Of a stretch of DNA of 64,000 nucleotides, positions 43,267 to 51,505 are shown one piece after another (position 1 is the stretch's first letter; each line of letters opens with the position of its first letter). The position numbers were made by a program, and so were the translations under genes. The DNA comes from an uncultured Planctomycetia bacterium (GTDB taxonomy: Bacteria; Planctomycetota; Planctomycetia; Pirellulales; Thermoguttaceae), in assembly GCA_963780045.1 (NCBI GenBank), contig CAVZZZ010000005.1, positions 743,255-807,254 of the forward strand. The letters run 5' to 3'. Under the pieces are notes generated by a model. It searched no databases, was not told where the DNA came from, and saw nothing but the letters and a program-made list of their open reading frames with translations.

Positions 43267-43518
43267 ATGGTATCAGCCAAAACGAGGTCGATTGTTGACC
43301 GTGCCAAGCAGCTATACGCCAGCCAACTCAAGGCGGACCTTGAGTCCCGTCATATGGATCGCTTCGTGGCGATTGAGCCGGAATCCGGCGAGTATTTCCT
43401 CGGCGACACGTTCGATGAAGCGGTGACTAACGCCAGGACGAAGTATCCGACGCGCGTGTCCCACACGATCCGAGTCGGCCATCGCGCGGCATTCCACATC
43501 GGAGTGACCGAACTGTGA
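43267..43518 (+). CDS. small protein of unknown function, partner of the retropepsin-like protease
   Basis: ATG 43267 is preceded by 'GGAAGGAAGGAGA'. The stop overlaps the next start (GTGA). The track ORF begins at 43246. Confidence 0.6.
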   Translation: MVSAKTRSIVDRAKQLYASQLKADLESRHMDRFVAIEPESGEYFLGDTFDEAVTNARTKYPTRVSHTIRVGHRAAFHIGVTEL

Positions 43519-43877
43519 ACGGATACGTCGACGACCGTCTGCGAGCATTGCTGCACGTCCAAGTTTCTGCCACAGGCGGAGGCGCGCGAACGACGCTGGC
43601 CGTTTGGGTCGACACGGCCTTCAACGGCGCAATGGCCATACCGCGAAAGCAGATCGCTGAGTTAGGTCTTGTGGAGGAGTCGACTGCGGAGGCCGTATTG
43701 GCCGACGGTAATATGGTCGAGTTGGAAACTTTCGCCTGCCACTTTGATTGGTTCGGCAAATCGTACAGGACTCAGGTCGTTGCCAAGGAAGGAGAGTATC
43801 CTCTGCTCGGAACAATGCTCCTGGATGGGCGCCATTTGGACATTGACTACAAGGCGAAAACGGTACGACTTACATAA
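43515..43877 (+). CDS. retropepsin-like clan AA aspartic protease (AF_0612/TIGR03698-like)
   Basis: 120 aa. 'LAVWVDTAFNGAMAIP' matches the 'hhhDTGF.G.L.LP' active-site flap, with DTA instead of DTG. 'LLGTMLLDGRHLDIDY' matches the family C-terminus. Confidence 0.55.
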   Translation: MNGYVDDRLRALLHVQVSATGGGARTTLAVWVDTAFNGAMAIPRKQIAELGLVEESTAEAVLADGNMVELETFACHFDWFGKSYRTQVVAKEGEYPLLGTMLLDGRHLDIDYKAKTVRLT

Positions 43878-44037
43878 TGATATGACGCCAAGTCGCCTTG
43901 AACTAGGCGGTTACATCGTTGAATTTGATCGTGGCTCTACGATTGCGTTTGGCGGTTCAGCGGTTTGCGAGCTGCACTTTTTTACTGAAAGCGCCCGATT
44001 TCGCACCAAACGCAAGCGCGCAAGCCCCCTCCCCATA

Positions 44038-47031
44038 ATGTTCGCGTACTTCGCCGATTTGCACCGCCGACATTTGCTGTTGACCGTCACCGTCGGGGCC
44101 TGTCTGTTGGCTTATGTTAGCGGCGCGGTGCGGACGGTCTACGATTTTGATCTGGCGATGCTGCTGGCGCTCGTCGGCGGGTATCCGACCTATGCCGGCG
44201 CCCTCTCCGGCCTGATGCACCGCAAAATCACCGCCGACCTGGCCGTGGCCCTGGCGGCAATGGCCGCGCTCTGGATGGGCTGGCACGCACAGGACCCGTC
44301 GCCCTGGTTCCTCGTCGCGGCCGAAGTCATCTTCATCATGCTTGTCGGCGAGGCGCTGGAAAACGTGGCCATCGGCCGCACGCGATCGGGCATCGCGGCC
44401 CTACTGACCCTGCGGCCGCACACCGCCCGCGTCCGCCGCGGCGAGCACGAACACGAAATCCACGTGCCTGAGGTGCGGCCGGACGACATCGTCATCGTCC
44501 GACCCGGCGATCGCTTGCCAGTCGATGGCCGCGTCCTCCGCGGCGCGTCGTGGATCGATCAAAGCCCGATCACGGGCGAGTCGGCGCCGGTAGAGAAGAA
44601 GGCGGGCGACGAGGTCTTCGCGGGCACGCTGAACACCATCGGCGCGCTGGAATTGGCGATCGAGCGCCTGGGGCACGACACGACGCTCGAACGGATCATC
44701 CATCTCGTTGAGCACGCCGAGGAATCGAAGGCTCCGGTGGAGCGGCTGGCAGACCGATACGCGGGCTACTTTGTTCCCGCGGTGCTGATCGCGGCCGGAA
44801 TCACTCTCTGGTTCACGCGCGACGTGTCGCGGAGCGTGGCCGTGCTCGTCGTGGCCTGCCCGTGCGCGCTCGTGCTTGCCACGCCGACCGCGGTCGCCGC
44901 GGGGATCGGCTTTCTCGTTCGCCACGGCATCCTCGTCAAGGGCGGCGCGGTAATCGAAAACCTCGGCCGCTTGAAGACCGTCGTGTTCGACAAGACGGGC
45001 ACGCTCACCCTTGCCCGGCTCCGCATCGAACGGATTGAGACAACGGCCGGCTTTACGGAAGCCGCGGCCATCAGGTTGGCAGCCGCGGTCGAGCAGAGTT
45101 CCGAACATCCGATCGCGCGACTGATCGTTGACCGCGCCCGGCAAGACGGCATCGCAATTCCAGCCGCGGAGCGATTTCTTTCTCAACCGGGGCTGGGCGC
45201 GGAGGCGGAAGTTGACGGGCGAACTGTGCGGCGTGGGCAGCCCGCGGGCCGCGGAGTTGGCGGGCGTGCGAATCCCCGACGATTTGCGCGGCCGTATCGA
45301 AGCGATGCAGGCCGACGGCAGCACGATCGTCGTCGTCGCCGCCAACGAGACGGCAGTAGCCGCCATCGGCATTCAAGATACGATCCGGCCCGAGGCTTTC
45401 GACGCGATTCACGAGTTAAAACACCTGGGCGTTTCGCGAATTGTCATGCTCACCGGCGATCACGAGGCGGCCGCGCACGCCGTCGCCGCCAAACTCAAAA
45501 TCGGCGAATTCCACAGCGGACTGTTACCGACGGAAAAAGCCGAGTGGCTCAAGAAGCTCCGCGACCAACGCGCAGGCGCGGCAGGCTGCGCCGGTGGCCA
45601 TGGTCGGCGACGGCGTGAACGACGCCCCGGCGCTCGTCTCGGCCGATATCGGAGTGGCCCTGGCCGATATCGGCAGCGACGTGACCGTCGAATCAGCAGG
45701 GCTGGTGCTCATCGGCGACGATCTGCTGAAGCTGCCCGAAGCGATTGCTTGCGGACGCCGCGTGCTGCAAACCATCCGCCAGAACATCATCGGCTTCGCC
45801 ATCGTCTTCAATCTGGTTTGCGTGGCGGCGGCCTCCAGCGGCTGGATTTCGCCCGTAACCGCGGCCGTGCTGCACCAGGTCAGCTCGCTGACGGTCGTGT
45901 TGAATTCCCTACGGCTGTTGATTGACTTCCACGCCTGGCAGCACCGCGTCGGCGACGCATGGTATGAAATCAAGCGCCGCCGCCGAAAGCTGCTCGCCGC
46001 GACAGCCGTGATCGTCGCGGCCGGCTACTTGCTTAGCGGAGTGCATTCGATCGGCGTCGGCGAATTGGGCGTCGTGCAGCGGTTCGGTCGCCGGGTGTTG
46101 CCGCTTGAGCAGCCCGGCCTGCACTATCGTCTTCCCCGGCCATTTGCCCAGCATGCCGATCATTCGTCCCGATGAATATCGCCGCATCGAGATCGGCTTT
46201 CGCAGCGCTCCGGGCGAATCGCAGGAGCCGGCCGCCTATGAATGGAACCTCCAGCATCGCGGCGGGCGGTACGTGGCGCGGGCCGACGAGTCGTACGTCT
46301 GGACCGGCGACGAGAACCTGATGGACGTCAACTGGATCGTGCATTACCGCGTGACCGATCCGGAGGCGGCCGTTTTCTCCGTCGGCATCGGCGAGGGCGA
46401 AGGTGAATCGAAGTGGGACCAGTTGGTGCGGGCGGCGGCCGAGACTGCTTTCCGCACGGAAATGGCCCACCGCGAGGCCGACGACTTGTTCACTTCGGCG
46501 CGGCAGGAAATTGCGGCGGACGTCGTCCGCCGGACCAATGCGCTGTTGGTCGGATACGGCGCGGGCCTGGAAGCGGCGGAGGTATGTTTCGGCGACATTC
46601 ATCCGCCACTGGAGGTCGTGCCCGCCTTTCGCGACGTTTCCAGCTCGCTGGAGGAGAAAGAGGCGGCGATCAACGAGGCCCAGGCATATCAGGTGCAAAC
46701 GGAAGCCGCCGCGCGCGGGCAGGCCGCCGAGCGGATTGCGGCGGCGGAAGGTTTCGCGGCCGAGCGGACGCAGCGCGCGGCGGGCGCGACCGAGCGGTTT
46801 TTGGCCGTCGCCGCGGCAGTGGCCGAGTCGCCCGGCGTGGCGCGGATGCGGCTTTATTTGCAAACGGTGGAAACGGCGCTGGCGGGCCGCCGCAAGGTGA
46901 TCCTTGACGCCGGCCACTTGGGCCGCCGCGCCTTGTACCTTGGCCGCAGAACGCTCGACGCGGCGCAACTGCCCGCGCCGGCCGTTCTCGATGCACCGTT
47001 CGACAGCTCCAACAAACCAACCACACCATGA
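44038..47031 (+). pseudogene. P1B-type (CPC) heavy-metal P-type ATPase without N-terminal metal-binding domain, fused in frame to an HflK-like SPFH protein (three frame breaks as given)
   Basis: ATPase motifs: 'TGESAPV', 'ACPCALVLATP', 'DKTGTLT', 'SEHPIA', 'MLTGD', 'GDGVNDAPAL', 'VVLNSLRLL'. They are spread over track ORFs 43669..45618, 45128..45925 and 45441..46175. The last ORF runs without a stop or Met into 'KRRRRKLLAATAVIVAAGYLLSGVHSIGVGELGVVQRFGR..PGLHYRLP'. ORF 46105..47031 then gives the SPFH body and coiled coil ('NLMDVNWIVHYRV', 'EVVPAFRDV', 'AINEAQAY'). The breaks are near 45225-45240, 45565-45590 and 46110-46150. Confidence 0.75.
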
Positions 47032-47910
47032 AGAAGTCGCTGCTTGTTTTCCTGGCCGTCGTAATTGCCGTCGTCGCCTGGCGGTGCCTGTTGTTTGTCG
47101 ACGAGACACAGTACGTCATCGTGACGCAATTCGGCCGTCCGGTGGCGACGCTCAGCGAGGCCGGGCTCTATTTCAAGCCGCCCTACCAGTCCGCGCTGGC
47201 CATCGACCGGCGGATGCAGATTTACAACCCCCGTCCGTCCGAATTCCTCACGAGCGAAAAGAAGAACGTCGACCTGGATGTTTACGTCCTCTGGTCGGTC
47301 GAGGACCCGCAGAAGTTCATTGAAACGGTCAACGACGCGGCCGGGGCCGGATCGCGGATTCACGACGTCGTCTGGTCGAAGCTGGCCGCGGCCGTGGGCC
47401 GCAATCCGCTGGAGAGCCTCGTCTCGATCGACTCCAAGAGCCACGGCCTGGAGCCGCTCGTTCAAAAGGTTGAGACCGAATGCGCGAACGAAGTTCATGA
47501 CAAGTACGGCATCCGCATCGTCGACGTGCGGATCAAGCGGATCGGGCTGCCGGAACAGGTCCGCGAAAGCGTTTTCGACCGGCATGCGCAAGGAACGCGC
47601 CCGCATCGCGCAGCGCTACCGCTCCGAAGGCGCCGAAGAGGCGACGAAAATCCGCGCGGCGGCCGACAAGGAGCGGGCGGTGCTCCTGGCGGCGGCGAAC
47701 GCCAAGGCCGAGATCATTCGCGGGCAGGCCGAGGCCGAGGCGACGCGGACCTACAGCAAGGCCCATCAGAAGGACCCGTCGTTTTTCGAGCTGACGCGGA
47801 CGCTTGAGGCCTACAAGAAGTTCCTCGACGAAAAGACTACCATCCTGCTCTCGGGCGATTCGGAGCTGCTGAAGTACCTTCGCGGGCCGGGCGAAGGAGG
47901 AAAGAAGTAG
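47028..47910 (+). pseudogene. HflC-like SPFH/band-7 protein (one frame break near 47583 as given)
   Basis: An ATGA overlap joins it to the preceding gene. TM 'LLVFLAVVIAVVAW', then 'YVIVTQFGRPV', 'GLYFKPPYQS' and 'GIRIVDVRIKRIGLPEQV'. The sequence continues in ORF 47278..47910 ('RKERARIAQRYRSEGAEEA'). The break sits at 'gaccGGcatgcgc' (extra G). Confidence 0.8.
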
Positions 47911-47913
47911 ACC

Positions 47914-48906
47914 ATGCATCGTCGCGCCACACCCGACCACCATCATCACGATCACCATCATCCGCACGTCCACGGCGGACCGGAGTGGCGGCGCGTGCTT
48001 GCTTTCCTCGCACTGGCGGCGCTCGTCGCGTGGGCCGTGTCCGGCATTTACATGGTGGGGCCGAACGAGCGGGCCGTCGTATGGCGATTCGGCCGCATCC
48101 TGCCGGAAACGCGGCCGCCGGGGCTGCACGCGGGACTGCCCTATGGCTTGGACCGCGTGACGCGGGTGAAGATGTACGAGCAGAAGAGGGTCGGGATCGG
48201 CCTCGGCCTGGAAGACCGCAACCTGGGTCGCACGGCCCAGCCAAGCCGCGCGGAATGCCTGGCGGGCGACCGGAACCTGATCGAGGTCTCCGCCGTCGTG
48301 CAATACGAGATCGTCGACGCGAGGAGCTTTCTCGCCCGCTCGGCCGAAGTCTCCGCGACGATCGAGAACATGGCCACGGCCGAGCTGTCGTCGCAAATCG
48401 CCTCGCGCGCGGTGGACGACATCTTTACGACCGGCCGCGCGGAGATCCAGCAGAATGTCTTGGCGGCGCTACGGGACCGGCTCGCGCATTTGCAGCGCGA
48501 CGGCCGGGGGATCGGCGTGCAGGTAAACTCCGTGACTTTGGAGGCGGTGGCGCCGCCGCAGGAGGTCGCGCCGGCCTTTCGCGACGTGGTGGCCGCCCGC
48601 GAAGACCGGCAGCGGGCGGTGAACGAGGCGCAAGGGTACGCGGCCGCCTTGTTCCCGTCGGCCCGCGGCGAGGCGGAGCGGATTCGCCTCGACGCCGAAG
48701 GCGCCGCGGCCGAAACCACCGAAAAAGCACGCGGCGAGGCCGACCGCTTCGACCGCATGTTGGCCCAATTGACCGCCGGGCGGCAGCTCACCCTCCGCCG
48801 CCTGGTCCTGGAAGCGATGGAGGAAGTCTTGCCGCGCATGAAGAAGATCATAGTCGATGAACAATCGGATAAACCGGTTGATTTGGGGGTAATCGACGAT
48901 CAATGA
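47914..48906 (+). CDS. HflK-like SPFH/band-7 protein with His-rich cytoplasmic N-terminal tail
   Basis: 'MHRRATPDHHHHDHHHPHVH', then TM 'VLAFLALAALVAWAVSGIY', 'ERAVVWRFGR', 'PPQEVAPAFRDVVAARED' and 'VNEAQGY'. It starts 3 nt after the HflC-like stop. Confidence 0.85.
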   Translation: MHRRATPDHHHHDHHHPHVHGGPEWRRVLAFLALAALVAWAVSGIYMVGPNERAVVWRFGRILPETRPPGLHAGLPYGLDRVTRVKMYEQKRVGIGLGLEDRNLGRTAQPSRAECLAGDRNLIEVSAVVQYEIVDARSFLARSAEVSATIENMATAELSSQIASRAVDDIFTTGRAEIQQNVLAALRDRLAHLQRDGRGIGVQVNSVTLEAVAPPQEVAPAFRDVVAAREDRQRAVNEAQGYAAALFPSARGEAERIRLDAEGAAAETTEKARGEADRFDRMLAQLTAGRQLTLRRLVLEAMEEVLPRMKKIIVDEQSDKPVDLGVIDDQ

Positions 48907-49063
48907 CGACAAGATAGTCCTAGGTATTGACAGAAACATGATTGACATAAGAATGATCTTTCTGTCAGTCATTTTTCTGTCGAGTAATGGGCGTGCGTAT
49001 CCGATCGATTATTCGTGTGATTCGTGGTTCTGAAAGGTGTTCGTGGTGGTTTTGTCAAGGCGT

Positions 49064-49573
49064 ATGCTTGTGCCGATCTTGCTCGCGGTTTGCCTTGCCG
49101 CGGTGGCGATCGCGCTGCGAGGCAAGGGCCGGCTGCCGGAGACTCCCGAGGCCGCGGTGCGGGCGTTCTTTGCCGCGGCCGAGCAGGGCGACGCCGCGGC
49201 CTATCTTTCGCTCGTCGCCGGAACGTTGAAAAGTTCCTTCCAAGAGACGCAGTCGCAGCTCGGCAGCGCGGCGTTCCGCGACAGTCTGCGCAATTCGGCA
49301 GCCGGCCTGAAGGGTTTTGCCGTTAGCCGTTCCGGCGATTCCGCCGACGAGTCGGCCGCAAAGCGCGCCGCGCTGGACGTCGAGCTTGTCTTTGCCGACC
49401 GCACGGAACGGCAGCGATTTGCACTGGTTCGCGACGGCCGCGGCTGGGCGATCGAATCAATCGACCGCGCGGAGGTCGAAAAGCCGGCGATGCCTTACGG
49501 GGCTACCGTCTACGACATTCAGCCATCGGTCGAAGCCGATGCGGAACCGCCGCCCAGCGCGACGCAGAAATAA
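49064..49573 (+). CDS. membrane-anchored hypothetical protein
   Basis: TM anchor 'MLVPILLAVCLAAVAIAL' and a ~150-aa soluble part with no recognisable motif. The track ORF starts at GTG 49037. Confidence 0.5.
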   Translation: MLVPILLAVCLAAVAIALRGKGRLPETPEAAVRAFFAAAEQGDAAAYLSLVAGTLKSSFQETQSQLGSAAFRDSLRNSAAGLKGFAVSRSGDSADESAAKRAALDVELVFADRTERQRFALVRDGRGWAIESIDRAEVEKPAMPYGATVYDIQPSVEADAEPPPSATQK

Positions 49574-49778
49574 ACGTAGCGGTTGGCGGACCGCGCTTGG
49601 ATGATCGAGTCCCGCAGGCGTTGCCAGCCCACCTTCGCGGGCTTGACACGCCAGTTCTTCCGACTAGACTGGCTCTTGATGAACAAATGACACTTCCTGT
49701 CAGTCAGCTCCCATCAGTCAGATTCGATTGCTTTCTTGCATTGGAGCCGGTGTCGCCGGCTATGAACCGGAGAATCAC

Positions 49779-51402
49779 ATGCTGTCCGTAGTCGCCGCAC
49801 TTCTGGTCATATTTGCCGCGGCCCCGGCCGAAAAAACGGCTGCGGATACTTCCTTCGATACGGTCGTCGTCTGCCCGGCCGCCTTTCACGAAGCGATGAA
49901 GCCCTGGCTCGAATTGCGTGCCGGGCAAGGGCGTCGCGTCAAGCTGATATCGAACCGCGGCTCGGCCGAGGAGATTCGCGACGAGATTCGCAAAACGGCC
50001 GGCGGCGGACGGCTCCGCTTTGTCCTCCTGGTCGGCGGGGCGGACCCGAGGATGAATAACGACGCGGGAGTGCGCGCCCGGAGCGTGCCGATGCATTACG
50101 CCGCCGCGCGGATCAACGTGAAATGGGGGTCCACGCCCACGATCCCGACCGACAATTGGTACGTCCAAGCGGCAGGCGCCGATGACGCAAGCCCGCTGCC
50201 CGCGATCGCCATCGGCCGCTTGCCGGCGACGTCGCCGGAAGAGTTGGCGGTGATGGTCAAGAAGATCGTGGACTACGAGCGCGGAGGACTTCAGTTCCTG
50301 GCGACAGCGGTTGAACATCGTCGCCGGGGTGGGCAACTTCGGTTACGTGGCCGATACGCTCCTGGAAGCGACGGCGACGTCGATCCTGACGGAGAGCGTT
50401 CCGGCCGAGTACCGCGTCTCGATGACTTATGCCAACTGGCGCAGCCCGTACTGCCCTGACCCGCGGCGGTTCCATGCGGCGGCGATCGAGCGGTTGGACG
50501 AGGGTTCGCTACTTTGGGTCTATATTGGCCACGCCGCGCCGTGGGAAACGGCACGGTTCGAAGTGCCCGGCCACAAGTATCCGATCCTGAACATGCCCGA
50601 CGCGGCGGCGCTCCGCGGAGGTCAAGGGCGGCCGATCGCCTTGTTCCTTTCCTGTCTGGCCGGCGCGTTGGACGCCCGCGGCCAATGCCTGGCCAGCGCC
50701 CTCGCGGCAGCGCCGGGCGGGCCGATCGCGGTCGTGGCCGCCAGCCGTGTCACCATGCCCTACGGAGAGACCCTCTTGGCAACGAACTTCAGCGACGAAT
50801 TGTTCCGCGGGCAGCGGGAAACGCTGGGCGAGGCGTTGCAGGACGTCAAGCGGAAGATGCTCGCGGCGCCGAAGAAGGACGACGCCCGGCGGGCCGTGCT
50901 CGACGCCCTGGCCGCTGCCTTCGTTACTTCCGGCAAGAATCAGGCGGCCGAGAGGGCCGAGCACGTCTTGATGTACAATCTCATCGGCGATCCGCTTTTG
51001 CGCCTGCGGCGTCCTCAGCCGGTCAACATTCAGCTTGCCAAGCGCGCCGCAGCCGGCGGCATCCTGCAAATCGACGGCCTTTCGCCGATCGCCGGGCGGG
51101 CAACCGTGGAGCTTGTCGTCCGCCGCGACCGGACCCGCCGCCCGCGACCGGTGCGCAAGTCTTATCCGGCAGACGCCAAGGAACTGGCCGCCTTTGACGA
51201 GGTCTACAAAGAAGCGAACGACCCTTGCCTGAAGTCCGTGCAACTGGCGGTTGAGAAAGGGCCTTTCCAGGCAAAATTCGCCGTTCCGCGCACGGCGATT
51301 GGGACCTGCGCCGTCACGGTATTGATAGGCGGCAAGGGCGAGCTTGCCACGGGCTCGGCCCCGGTAGAGATTGTGCGGGCGATCTCGTCCATCCGCCAGT
51401 AG
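49779..51402 (+). pseudogene. peptidase C25 (gingipain)-like cysteine protease family protein (one frame break near 50285-50300 as given)
   Basis: Signal/anchor 'MLSVVAALLVIFAAAP'. 'FVLLVGGAD', 'IPTDNWY' and 'IGRLPATSPEELAVMVKKIVDYE'. Candidate catalytic His is in 'WVYIGHAAPW' and candidate Cys in 'IALFLSCLAGAL'. Confidence 0.5.
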
Positions 51403-51505
51403 GTCCTTCTTGCCGAGATGGACTATTGCGGTCACGTTTCGCGAATACCCCAGCCCGCGCAAAATGGTTAGCCGCACTAGTCCATTCCCGCAGAAAGGAC
51501 CTATA

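Noticed and set aside
37390-43900. Prophage or integrative element around the XRE-ImmA/PIN and retropepsin genes
   Set aside because: I could find no integrase, transposase, tRNA attachment site, structural phage gene or flanking direct repeats. Only a local low-GC spacer is present.
43669-44037. N-terminal 123 codons of the ATPase track ORF
   Set aside because: The stretch overlaps the retropepsin gene and has no ATPase-like sequence. The ATPase membrane domain begins at ATG 44038.
31289-49706. The 8-mer TGTCAGTC occurs at 31289, 48963 and 49698, suggesting a shared regulator site between the Gly-rich operon and the SPFH region
   Set aside because: An 8-mer is expected to recur about twice by chance in 2 x 64 kb. 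That is not enough evidence to link the loci.
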